From NCBI GenBank assembly GCA_963743205.1, contig CAVUOW010000004.1, positions 530,908-594,907 on the forward strand: 64,000 bases of DNA. Reading direction: 5' to 3'. Shown here piece after piece: positions 38,462 through 47,270 of the stretch (positions are counted from its first letter, which is position 1; each line of letters opens with the position of its first letter). Below the pieces are notes generated by a model. That model searched no databases, was not told the origin of the DNA, and saw nothing but the letters and a program-made list of their open reading frames with translations. The translations under genes and the position numbers were made by a program. The DNA comes from Candidatus Aminicenantes bacterium. GTDB lineage: Bacteria > Acidobacteriota > Aminicenantia > Aminicenantales > Saccharicenantaceae.

Positions 38462-40587
38462 TGAAGAGAACGGGCCTCCTCGTCGCGGCGACGATGTTCC
38501 TCGCCGTCGCCTCTCCCCTGGCCGCCTATATCGGGCCGGGCGCCGGTTTCGCCTTTCTGTCCTCGTTCCTGGTCCTTTTTCTGACCTTTCTCCTGGCCCT
38601 GTTCTCGTTCGTGTCCTGGCCCTTCCGGTTCGTCTGGAGGGCGATCCGCGGCCAACGGGCCTACAAGAAAGGCCCGATCGAGCGCTTGGTCGTCCTCGGG
38701 CTCGACGGCATGGAGCCGACTCTGGCCGAAAGGTTCATGGCCGAGGGGAAGCTGCCGAACCTGAGCCGTTTGAAAAAGGAAGGCACCTACGCCCGCCTGC
38801 GGACGACCACGCCGGCCATCTCTCCCGTCGCCTGGTCCTCGTTCATGACCGGCTCGGAACCCTCCAAGCACAACATCTTCGATTTCCTCAGCCGCGACCC
38901 GCGGACCTATCTCCCCGATTTGTCCTCGGCCCGGATCGGCAAGTCCAAGCGAACGCTGGCCCTCGGAAAATACGTCATCCCGTTGTCGAAGCCCGAGATC
39001 CGGGGCATGCGGAAGAGCGTGCCCTTCTGGAAGATCCTGGGCGAGAAGGGCATCGCCTCGACGATCCTGAGGGTGCCCATCACCTTCCCGCCTGAGAAGT
39101 TCAAGGGGCACATGCTCTCCGGCATGTGCGCCCCCGACCTCAAGGGCAGCCAGGGCACGTTCGCTTTCTTCACCGAGGACGCCGACAAGGTCCGCAAGCA
39201 CGAGGGCGGCGTGGCCGTTCTCGTCCGCCGGGAAGGGCAGGTCATCCGGACCGCGCTCTCCGGCCCGGAGAACTCCCTGCTCAAGAAGCCGGAAGAGATC
39301 CTCCTGCCCCTGACCATCACCATCGACCGGAACGCCCGCGGGGCCTGGCTCGAGATCGAGGGGCAGAAGAAGTTCTTCGTCAAGGAAAAGACCTTCACCC
39401 CGTGGACGCCGCTCACCTTCAAGCCCGGCCTGGGCATGAAGGTCCGCGGCACCTGCCGCTTCCGCATCGCCTCTCTCGAGCCCATCTTCGAGATGTACGT
39501 GACGCCGCTCAACATCGACCCCGAGAAGCCGGCCCTGCCGATCTCGCATCCGTTCATCTACTCCGTCTACCTGGCCAAGCTGCTCGGCCGCTTCATCACC
39601 CTCGGCGAAGCCAACGACACTTGGGCCCTCAACGAAGGGGCGCTCGACGAAGCGGCTTTCCTCGAGCTAACCTACGCCAATCACGCCGAATGGGAGGCCA
39701 TGCTCGAGAACGCCCTGGCCAAGACGCCGCGCGGCGTCGTTGTCATCGTCTTCGAGACGACCGACAGCATCCAGCACATGTTCCTCCGCTATCTCGACAA
39801 GGGCCACCCGGCGCTCAAGGCCGCTCCGGCCCGGATGAGCGCGGCCGTCATCGAGGAGCTCTATCAGAAGATGGACGCACTCGTCGGCCGCGTCGCCGGA
39901 GGCCTGGGCCCGAAGGGCGCCCTGTTCGTCATGTCCGACCATGGCTTCAAGTCCTTCCGGCGGGGCGTCAATCTCAACTCCTGGCTCCATCAGAACGGCT
40001 ATCTGGCCCTCGTGCCGGGCCAGGCGGAGAGCGGCGAGTGGTTCAAGGACGTCGACTGGGCGAAGACGAAGGCTTACGGCCTCGGACTCGGCGGCCTCTA
40101 CCTCAACCTCAGGGGCCGCGAGGCCCAAGGCGTCGTGGACCCGGGCGCCGAAGCCGCAGCCCTCAAGGCCGAGCTCGGACGCAAGCTCACCGCGCTCAAG
40201 GACGGCGCGAACGGCCCGGCGGCGATCACGCACGTCTACGACCGCGACGCCGTCTATGCCGGCCCGTACAGGGACAACGCGCCGGACCTCATCATCGGCT
40301 ACAACGAGGGCTACCGGGCGTCGTGGGACGGCGTCACCGGCATCGTCAACGCGGCCGTCATCGAGGACAACATCAAGGCCTGGAGCGGCGACCACTGCAT
40401 CGACCCCGCGCTCGTTCCCGGCGTGATCTTCTCGAACCTCAAGCTCAAACGGACCGACCCGTCGATCATGGACGTCGCCCCGACTGTCCTGGAGCTCTTC
40501 GGGATCGCGCCGCCGGCCCACATGGACGGCCGGGGGCTCGTCGACGTCGCCGGCCTCTCCGGCCCGATACAGGGGAAAGCGTCATGA
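38461..40587 (+). CDS. Alkaline-phosphatase-superfamily protein, paralog 2, N-terminal membrane anchor, ~250-aa insertion domain
   Basis: N-terminal TM/signal-anchor, GLDGMEP, TTPAISPVAWSSFMTG nucleophile region, large insertion, then MSDHGF...WSGDHC metal-binding C-terminus. ATGA-coupled to paralog 3. Confidence 0.65.
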   Translation: MKRTGLLVAATMFLAVASPLAAYIGPGAGFAFLSSFLVLFLTFLLALFSFVSWPFRFVWRAIRGQRAYKKGPIERLVVLGLDGMEPTLAERFMAEGKLPNLSRLKKEGTYARLRTTTPAISPVAWSSFMTGSEPSKHNIFDFLSRDPRTYLPDLSSARIGKSKRTLALGKYVIPLSKPEIRGMRKSVPFWKILGEKGIASTILRVPITFPPEKFKGHMLSGMCAPDLKGSQGTFAFFTEDADKVRKHEGGVAVLVRREGQVIRTALSGPENSLLKKPEEILLPLTITIDRNARGAWLEIEGQKKFFVKEKTFTPWTPLTFKPGLGMKVRGTCRFRIASLEPIFEMYVTPLNIDPEKPALPISHPFIYSVYLAKLLGRFITLGEANDTWALNEGALDEAAFLELTYANHAEWEAMLENALAKTPRGVVVIVFETTDSIQHMFLRYLDKGHPALKAAPARMSAAVIEELYQKMDALVGRVAGGLGPKGALFVMSDHGFKSFRRGVNLNSWLHQNGYLALVPGQAESGEWFKDVDWAKTKAYGLGLGGLYLNLRGREAQGVVDPGAEAAALKAELGRKLTALKDGANGPAAITHVYDRDAVYAGPYRDNAPDLIIGYNEGYRASWDGVTGIVNAAVIEDNIKAWSGDHCIDPALVPGVIFSNLKLKRTDPSIMDVAPTVLELFGIAPPAHMDGRGLVDVAGLSGPIQGKAS

Positions 40588-42593
40588 GCGATAAGAAACG
40601 CACGGCTTTCAGCCGCCGGGAATTCCTTAAGGCGGGGATCGCCGCCTCGGCCGCGATCGGTCTGGGCGGCGCGGCCCGGTTCACGCCCCGGGTCTACGGC
40701 AAGGCCCGGGCGACGAAAAAGATGATCGTCCTCGGCCTCGACGGCATGGACCCCGTGCTGACACGGCGATGGATCGACGAAGGGCGGTTGCCCGCCTTCC
40801 GCAAGATCCTCGAAGCGGGCGGCGATTTCCGGCCCCTCGGAACGAGCCTTCCCCCCCAGACGCCGGTCGCCTGGTCCAACTTCATCACCGGCATGGACCC
40901 GGGCGGACACGGCATCTTCGACTTCTTCAATCGCGACCCGAAGACCTATGTCCCGGTGTTCTCCGCGACCGAGACGTCAGGCGCCGCGAAAACGATCCGC
41001 ATCGGCAAGACGGTCATTCCCCTCTCAGGCGGGCAGATCCGCAATCTCCGCAAGGGCCCGGCCTTCTGGCAGCTCCTCGAGGAAGCCGGAGTCCCGGCGA
41101 CCGTCTTCAAGATGCCGTCCAACTACCCCCCGGTCGCCTCGAAGCAGAGGACGCTGGCCGGCATGAACACCCCCGACCTCAAGGGCTCCTACGGCATCTT
41201 CAGCTATTATACGAATGAAGCGGCGAAGGTCATCCAGGAGGCCGGCGGCGGAGGCCGCGTCCACGATGTCTTCGTCGTCGGCAATCGCGTCGAGGCCGAG
41301 CTTCCCGGCCCGACCAACAGCTTCCGGGCCGGCGCCCCGGAGGCGACCATCCCCTTCCAGGTCTTTATCGACCCTTCGAACGCGGCCGCCAAGATCGTCA
41401 TCCAGGGCCACGAGTTCGTCCTCAAGGAACGGGAGTGGAGCGGTTGGCAGCATGTCCATTTCAACCTCATCCCGACGCAGAGCGTCCACGGCATCTGCCT
41501 GTTCTACCTCAAGGAGGTCCGGCCCAAATTCAAGCTCTACGTCTCGCCCATCCACATGGACCCGGCCCGCCCGGCCCTGCCCATCTCGACCCCCGAAGCC
41601 TATTCCCTTGAGCTCGAGAAGCGTTTCGGCCCCTTCTTTACCAAGGGCCTCCCGGCCGACACGAGCGCCCTCGACAACGGCGTCCTCGACGAAGAGGAGT
41701 TCCTGACCCTCGACGCCATGGTCTACGAAGAGAGCATGACCATGCTCGAATACGAGCTGGGCCGGTTGGACGAGGGACTGCTCTTCTTTTATTTCTCCAA
41801 CGCCGACCAGCGCCAGCACATGTTCTGGCGGCTCGTCGACCCCGCACACCCGGCCTACGACGCGAAGCTGGCCGCCCGATTCGGCGACGTCATCGCCCGG
41901 ACGTACGTCGAGATGGACCGGGCGCTCGAGCTGGCCTTGAAAAAAGCCGACAAGGACACGGTCGTCCTGGTCCTGTCCGACCACGGCTTCAACTCCTTCC
42001 GCCGCGGCTTCAACCTCAACACCTGGCTCCTCCGGGAAGGCTATCACCGCCTCAAGAGGCCGTGGAAACAGGAGGAGTCGGCCTACTTCGACAACACCGA
42101 CTGGTCCAAGACCCGGGCCTACGGCATGGGGCTCAATAGCCTGTTCATCAACGAGAGGGGCCGCGAAGGCGAGGGCCTCGTCGCCCCGGGGGCGGACAAG
42201 GACAACCTCGTCCGGGAGATCGCCGGGAAGCTCGAAGCCGCGACCGATCCGTTGACGGGCGAGCGGCCGGTCCTCCGGGCCTTCATCGCCAAGGACGCCT
42301 ATCGCGGGAAGAACCTCGAAACGGCCCCGGACATCGTCCTGGGCTTCAATCGCGGTTACAGGATCTCCTGGCAATCTCCGCTCGGCGGCTTTCCCAAGGA
42401 GGTGGTCGAGGACAACGCTCAGAAATGGAGCGGCGACCATATGTCCGCGCCGGATGTCCTGCCCGGCATCGCTTTTACCAACCGCAAATTCACGGCCGAG
42501 TCCCCGTTCCTCTACGACCTGACGGCCTCCGTCCTCGACGTCTTCGGGGTCGAAAAGCCCAAGGACATGATCGGCCGGAACGTCCTCGAATAA
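40584..42593 (+). CDS. Alkaline-phosphatase-superfamily protein, paralog 3, Tat-signal (periplasmic), same insertion domain
   Basis: Twin-arginine signal SRREFLKAGIAASAAIGLGG. GLDGMDP, SLPPQTPVAWSNFITG, LSDHGF, WSGDHM. Collinear with paralog 2 throughout. Confidence 0.65.
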   Translation: MSDKKRTAFSRREFLKAGIAASAAIGLGGAARFTPRVYGKARATKKMIVLGLDGMDPVLTRRWIDEGRLPAFRKILEAGGDFRPLGTSLPPQTPVAWSNFITGMDPGGHGIFDFFNRDPKTYVPVFSATETSGAAKTIRIGKTVIPLSGGQIRNLRKGPAFWQLLEEAGVPATVFKMPSNYPPVASKQRTLAGMNTPDLKGSYGIFSYYTNEAAKVIQEAGGGGRVHDVFVVGNRVEAELPGPTNSFRAGAPEATIPFQVFIDPSNAAAKIVIQGHEFVLKEREWSGWQHVHFNLIPTQSVHGICLFYLKEVRPKFKLYVSPIHMDPARPALPISTPEAYSLELEKRFGPFFTKGLPADTSALDNGVLDEEEFLTLDAMVYEESMTMLEYELGRLDEGLLFFYFSNADQRQHMFWRLVDPAHPAYDAKLAARFGDVIARTYVEMDRALELALKKADKDTVVLVLSDHGFNSFRRGFNLNTWLLREGYHRLKRPWKQEESAYFDNTDWSKTRAYGMGLNSLFINERGREGEGLVAPGADKDNLVREIAGKLEAATDPLTGERPVLRAFIAKDAYRGKNLETAPDIVLGFNRGYRISWQSPLGGFPKEVVEDNAQKWSGDHMSAPDVLPGIAFTNRKFTAESPFLYDLTASVLDVFGVEKPKDMIGRNVLE

Positions 42594-42615
42594 CGACGGC
42601 GAAAGGAGATTGATC

Positions 42616-42807
42616 ATGGCCAGCGTGAAAGTCAAACTCGACAAGCCCCTGTTCGACAAGATCAAGAAGCTCGCCGAAATGTCCGGCTACTCCTCGGCCG
42701 AGGAGTTCATCACCCACTGCCTCGAAAAGGAGATCGCCAAGATCGAAGAGGCGGATTCGGAAGAAGAGATCAAGAAGAAGCTCAAAGGGCTGGGATACAT
42801 CTCCTAA
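42616..42807 (+). CDS. Small ribbon-helix-helix-like (CopG/antitoxin-like) DNA-binding protein candidate
   Basis: GGAG RBS. N-terminal beta-strand (VKVKLD) + two helices (PLFDKIKKLAEMSGY / SAEEFITHCLEKEIAKI), acidic tail. Confidence 0.45.
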   Translation: MASVKVKLDKPLFDKIKKLAEMSGYSSAEEFITHCLEKEIAKIEEADSEEEIKKKLKGLGYIS

Positions 42808-42812
42808 GCGCC

Positions 42813-43640
42813 ATGTCCATCGTCAACCTCGTCTTCGGCGGGATCGTCGGGGCCGTCCTCTGGCCCTTCCGGGGCCTTTCGCCCTGGTTCGGCCTGACGG
42901 CCGTCTCCCTCCTGACGGCCCTGCTCATGCTCGAGGTCTACAAGCACACCTCCAACCAGGCGGCCATCCGCCGGGCCAAGGACCTGATCAAAGCCCACCT
43001 CCTGGAGATGCGGCTGTACAAGGACAACATGCGGGTCACCCTGGCCGCGCAAGGGGCCATCCTCAAGGCCAACCTGGCCTATATGGCCGCGAACCTCAAG
43101 CCGCTGGCGGTCATGATCGTGCCGCTCGTCCTCATCCTGGCCCAGCTCAGCCTGTGGTACGACCGGGCCCCGCTCCGGCCGGGCGAGGAAGCGCTGGTCA
43201 AGGCCGGGCTCGAAGCGGCGGCCGATCCCGTCTCGCTCGGCCTGGAGCTCGAGACGCCTCCCGGACTCGAGGTCACCGCCCCGGCCGTGCGCATCCCCGA
43301 CCTTCACCAGGTCGTCTGGCGGGTCAAGGCGCTCGCCCCCGGCGCCGGCCGGCTCGTCTTGCGGAGCGGCGACCGGACGATCGAAAAGTCCGTGGTCGTC
43401 GGCGGCGGCCCGATGGCCAAGGTCTCGGCCCTGGCTTCGCGCGGGTCGCTCTGGAAGCAGGTGCTCTATCCGGGCGAGGCGCCGCTTCCCGCCGGGACGT
43501 CCGTCCGCTCCGTCGAGATCCTCTATCCGGCCAAGAGCTTGACGGCCTTCGGCGTCAGCGTTCACTGGCTCGTCGCTTACCTCATCCTGTCGATCGTCTT
43601 CGGCTTCGCTTTCAAGGGCGTTTTCAAGGTCGAGATCTGA
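42813..43640 (+). CDS. Membrane protein of unknown function (about 4 TM helices, ~130-aa periplasmic loop)
   Basis: Starts 6 nt after the RHH-like gene. Hydrophobic segments at residues ~5-22, 25-42, 95-115, 250-270. No family recognised. Confidence 0.45.
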   Translation: MSIVNLVFGGIVGAVLWPFRGLSPWFGLTAVSLLTALLMLEVYKHTSNQAAIRRAKDLIKAHLLEMRLYKDNMRVTLAAQGAILKANLAYMAANLKPLAVMIVPLVLILAQLSLWYDRAPLRPGEEALVKAGLEAAADPVSLGLELETPPGLEVTAPAVRIPDLHQVVWRVKALAPGAGRLVLRSGDRTIEKSVVVGGGPMAKVSALASRGSLWKQVLYPGEAPLPAGTSVRSVEILYPAKSLTAFGVSVHWLVAYLILSIVFGFAFKGVFKVEI

Positions 43641-43664
43641 TCCCCGATTCGAGAGAGGTTTCCC

Positions 43665-44786
43665 ATGCACATCGACGTCTTCAAAATGGAGCGCATGCAG
43701 TCCACCTGGGAGAATGTCGTCGATTACAATCTGTCCGAGAGCGGCGTCCGTCCGCTGAACCTCAAGGAGCTCCTGACGCCGGCCGAGATCGAATCGTTGA
43801 CCGAGGTCGAGCTCGGCTACACCCAGACGAACGGCACGATCGGCCTGCGCGAGCGGATCGCCCGTCTCTATCCCGGCATCGGCCTGGAACAGATCCTGGC
43901 CACGGCCGGATCGTCGGAGGCCAATTTCCTGCTCATGTGGAGCCTCATCGAGCCCGGCGACGAGGTGCTGTTCGAGCTGCCGAACTACATGCAGATGGCC
44001 GGTCTGCTGCGGGCCTTCGGGGCCAAGGTCAAGACCTTCCGTCTCCACGAGAGCCTGGGCTGGCAGCCCGACCTCGACGAGATGAAGTCGCTCGTCACGC
44101 CGAAGACGAAGCTCATCGTCCTGACCAATCCCAACAATCCGACCGGCGCGGTCCTGTCGCCGGCGGCCATGAAGGGCATCGTCGACTTGGCTTCGAGCGT
44201 CGGGGCCTGGATCCTGGCCGACGAGGTCTACCAGGGCGCCGAGCTTTCGGGCGTGACGACACCGAGCTTCTGGGGAAGATGGGATAAGACGCTGGTCGTC
44301 AACGGCCTGTCCAAGGCCTACGGCCTCCCCGGACTCCGGGTCGGATGGATCATCGGCCCGGAAGAGGTCGTCAAGCGGACCTGGCCCTACCACGACTATA
44401 CGACGATCTCCCCCTCGGCCCTGAGCGACCGCCTGGCGACTCTGGCCCTGGCCCCCGGCAATCGGGAACGCATCCTGGCGAGGACCCGGGGGATCCTCAA
44501 CGCCAATTTCCCGGTCCTCGAAACGTGGCTCAAGGACCACGGCGGTCTCTTCAGCTTCAGGCCGACCCAGGCCGGGGCCATCGGCTTCGCCCGGTACGGC
44601 TTCGAGGGCAACTCGACCGAATTCGTCGAACGCTTGGTCCGCGAGAAAAGCGTCCTTGTCGTCCCCGGCGACCATTTCGAGACGGACGGCTACCTGCGCT
44701 TCGGCTTCGGGTCCGAGAGGGGCTATCTCCTGAGGGCCTTGGGCCGGATCGACGAAATACTTAAAAAAATCGTCCAATCGTGGTAA
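43665..44786 (+). CDS. Aminotransferase class I/II (PLP-dependent)
   Basis: Fold-type I: LTNPNNPTG, NGLSKAYGLPGLRVGW (PLP-lysine SKA), 373 aa. Confidence 0.75.
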   Translation: MHIDVFKMERMQSTWENVVDYNLSESGVRPLNLKELLTPAEIESLTEVELGYTQTNGTIGLRERIARLYPGIGLEQILATAGSSEANFLLMWSLIEPGDEVLFELPNYMQMAGLLRAFGAKVKTFRLHESLGWQPDLDEMKSLVTPKTKLIVLTNPNNPTGAVLSPAAMKGIVDLASSVGAWILADEVYQGAELSGVTTPSFWGRWDKTLVVNGLSKAYGLPGLRVGWIIGPEEVVKRTWPYHDYTTISPSALSDRLATLALAPGNRERILARTRGILNANFPVLETWLKDHGGLFSFRPTQAGAIGFARYGFEGNSTEFVERLVREKSVLVVPGDHFETDGYLRFGFGSERGYLLRALGRIDEILKKIVQSW

Positions 44787-44847
44787 GATACCGAATCCAT
44801 TCCGGGACGGAATGAGTTAAGAAGAATAGGACCTCAGGAGGCCTCAT

Positions 44848-45399
44848 ATGAACAGAATCCGAACGATCGCCCCCCTCGTCATTCTTTTCGTACTGGTCAT
44901 CGCCGGCGCGTCGTACGCCCAGCAGGTGACCAAGGTCGCGATCATCAACTCCCAGAAGGCGTTCGAAACATCTCTCGAGGGCAAGAAGGCCCTGGGCCAG
45001 CTCCAGGACCTCGATTCGAGGATCAAGACGAACCTCCAGAAGATGGATGATGCCATCCGTCTTCTCGATAACCGGCTGAACACCGGCCGGCTGACGATGA
45101 CCACCGAAGCGCTCATGGCCCTTCAGGCGGACATCGACAAGAAGACGACCGAGCGGAAACGGTACGAAGAGGACCAGGCCCGGGACGCCCAGGCGCTCTC
45201 GACCAACCTGATCCAGAAGATCAGGACCGAGATGGTCGCCGTCATCGAGGTCCTGGCCAAGGAAAGGGGCCTCGAGCTCGTCCTCGACGCCGCCACGAGC
45301 GGGGTCGTCACGGCCAGCCCGACGATCGACATCACAGACGAAATCGTCCGCCGCTACGATCAGAGCAAGTCGGCCGCAGTCCCCCCGGTTAAGAAGTAA
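44848..45399 (+). CDS. OmpH/Skp-family periplasmic chaperone
   Basis: Signal peptide, coiled-coil-rich ~160 aa with the Skp pattern (VAIINSQKAF...GKKA...LQ...), CAGGAGG RBS. Confidence 0.7.
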   Translation: MNRIRTIAPLVILFVLVIAGASYAQQVTKVAIINSQKAFETSLEGKKALGQLQDLDSRIKTNLQKMDDAIRLLDNRLNTGRLTMTTEALMALQADIDKKTTERKRYEEDQARDAQALSTNLIQKIRTEMVAVIEVLAKERGLELVLDAATSGVVTASPTIDITDEIVRRYDQSKSAAVPPVKK

Positions 45400-45422
45400 C
45401 CCTCTCGAACTCGAAGATCCCC

Positions 45423-45459
45423 GGGGAGAAAGGCGGAACCCTTTCTCCCCATTTTTTTT
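45423..45459 (+). terminator. Rho-independent terminator downstream of skp
   Basis: ggggagaaagg-cggaac-cctttctcccc hairpin (11-bp stem) followed by T8. Confidence 0.7.
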
Positions 45460-45486
45460 GCGAAGTCCTGTCCCTCCGCCGTGTTA

Positions 45487-46668
45487 TTATTGTCCGCTTG
45501 GGGGGCTCCACTCCCCGCCGGTCCCGTCGAAATGGAGCCGGATCCGGACGATCTCGGCCCGGCTGCCGATACGCACGGGGGGCCCCCATGTTCCCGCACC
45601 GCTCGTGACATAGTAGTTGGTGCCGCCCTTCCGGAGAGATCCCCAAGTGAGCTCGTAGATCAAGCCGTTGATGAGACCGATCGGGAACAACTGCCCGTCG
45701 TGGGTATGCCCAGAGATCTGGAGGGCGACACCGGCCTGTTCGGCCTCCTCGAGGTGGAGCGGCTGGTGATCGAGGACGACGAGGGGCAGATCTGCACGCG
45801 CGCCGCTCGCGGCCAGGATGCCTCCGATCGATAACCTCTTTTCCCGGATCTTGAGCGAGCTCGGGTCCCTTCTCCCGGCAAGGATGAACGCGCCGTCCAC
45901 CTCGGACGCCTCGTCCTGGAGGACGGTGATGCCGCAGGACCGGAGGCAAGCCACGTTCCTCTCGAGCCCGCTGTAGGATTCGTGGTTGCCCAGACAGGCG
46001 AATATCCCCAAGGGGGTCCGAAGCCGGCGCATGATGCCGCCGAGCTTGGCCTCGAGCTTATCGGTCACAGTCTCGTCGACGATGTCACCCACGAAGAGGA
46101 CGATGTCGGGTTCGAGGGCGTTCATCCGCTCGACCACCTTCTCGAGCCGGCCCGGGCCGACGATGGCACCGAGGTGGAGATCGGACGCGGCGACCGCGGT
46201 CAGGCTTTTGACGGTGCCCGCCTGCGCCGGGATGTGGATGTCGAGGTCGACCGTCCGAAGGCGGCTGGCGTTCCAAACCCCGATGGCGACGGTGAAGACG
46301 ACGGCGCCTGCGAGGGCAGCGAAGACCGCGGGGCCGGACCTCGCGCCCTCCCCGGCGAGGCCTCGAGGCAGGAACGGTATCATGGCGTTCACGAGGCGCA
46401 CGAGGTCGACCGCGAGAACGGCCATGAAGCTGTAGAGCATCACGGCCAGGTGGAACGTCCCGACCTCGACCAGGAGCGAGGTCAGGCCTCCCCTGGCAAA
46501 GCCCATGAGGATGCGGCCCAGCGGGAAGAGGAGCGCCAGGCCGGCGAAAAGGACGAGGAAGACCGCCCGGGCCTTGGGGACGGACGACAGGGCTTGAGCG
46601 CCGCGACGGCCGATATAGAAATTGATGAGGCCGTAGACAGCCAGCGCAATGGCGATGAAAACGAGCAT
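45487..46668 (-). CDS. Metallophosphoesterase (calcineurin-like) with N-terminal membrane region
   Basis: Start MLVFIAIALAVYGL (complement 46666-46668). Motifs DLHLG...GDIVD...GNHE...GHTH. The track ORF's 5' extension is junk. Confidence 0.7.
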   Translation of the reverse strand: MLVFIAIALAVYGLINFYIGRRGAQALSSVPKARAVFLVLFAGLALLFPLGRILMGFARGGLTSLLVEVGTFHLAVMLYSFMAVLAVDLVRLVNAMIPFLPRGLAGEGARSGPAVFAALAGAVVFTVAIGVWNASRLRTVDLDIHIPAQAGTVKSLTAVAASDLHLGAIVGPGRLEKVVERMNALEPDIVLFVGDIVDETVTDKLEAKLGGIMRRLRTPLGIFACLGNHESYSGLERNVACLRSCGITVLQDEASEVDGAFILAGRRDPSSLKIREKRLSIGGILAASGARADLPLVVLDHQPLHLEEAEQAGVALQISGHTHDGQLFPIGLINGLIYELTWGSLRKGGTNYYVTSGAGTWGPPVRIGSRAEIVRIRLHFDGTGGEWSPPSGQ

Positions 46669-46679
46669 CCTTCGGTCTC

Positions 46680-47270
46680 TCAATCCCGGGGAACCCTGTT
46701 GAATCCGACGATCTCCTCGAAGCTCTTCCGGGGCGGCTCCCGGGTCGGTCTCGTCTCGGCGTAGCCGAGCGGCATCACGGCCACGAGCTTGAACGCTCCG
46801 GGGATGCCCAGCACCTTGCGGGCTTTGCGGTAATCGAACCAACCCATCCAACAGGTCGACAGTCCCAGCTCTTGGGCCTGGAGGACGATGTGCTCCCCGG
46901 CGATGCCCATGTCGAGGAGATAGAAGGGCACGCCTTGGATCTTCGAACCCAGCCGGACGGCCGCGCCGCCGGGCTTGGCTAACAGGACCAGGATGACGGG
47001 GGCCTTGGCGGCGAACTTCGCCCCGGCATAGATGCCCGAGAAGGCCTCCGCGGCCAGCTTGTCTTTCAGTCCCGGTTCGTCGACAACCAGGAAACGCCAC
47101 GGCTGGACGTTGTTTGCCGACGGCGCGATCCGGGCGGCTTCAAGGCAGGCCCGGACCTTCTCGGGCTCGACCGGCGTCGGCAGGTAGCGGCGGATGCTCC
47201 GCCGGCCGCGCAGGATCTTCTGCAGCGCTGTCGGAGCGGCGGCGAGTCTGTCTTCGGCCATGTCGCTCAC
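46680..47270 (-). CDS. Nitroreductase-family protein
   Basis: RRSIRRY...PSANNVQPWRF...conserved nitroreductase fold motifs. Confidence 0.75.
   Translation of the reverse strand: MSDMAEDRLAAAPTALQKILRGRRSIRRYLPTPVEPEKVRACLEAARIAPSANNVQPWRFLVVDEPGLKDKLAAEAFSGIYAGAKFAAKAPVILVLLAKPGGAAVRLGSKIQGVPFYLLDMGIAGEHIVLQAQELGLSTCWMGWFDYRKARKVLGIPGAFKLVAVMPLGYAETRPTREPPRKSFEEIVGFNRVPRD

Noticed and set aside
39126-42593. 1155-aa ORF that appears to fuse AlkP paralogs
   Set aside because: The N-terminal 480 aa are an out-of-frame read-through of paralog 2 (RPRG-rich junk). The true start is ATG 40584 with a Tat signal overlapping the upstream stop.
42804-44777. 657-aa ORF on - strand
   Set aside because: Antisense to the membrane protein and class I/II aminotransferase genes.
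45423-45459. Bidirectional terminator for the convergent skp and metallophosphoesterase genes
   Set aside because: The U-tract follows the hairpin only on the + strand. On the - strand the hairpin is preceded, not followed, by the A/T run, so I call it a skp terminator only.
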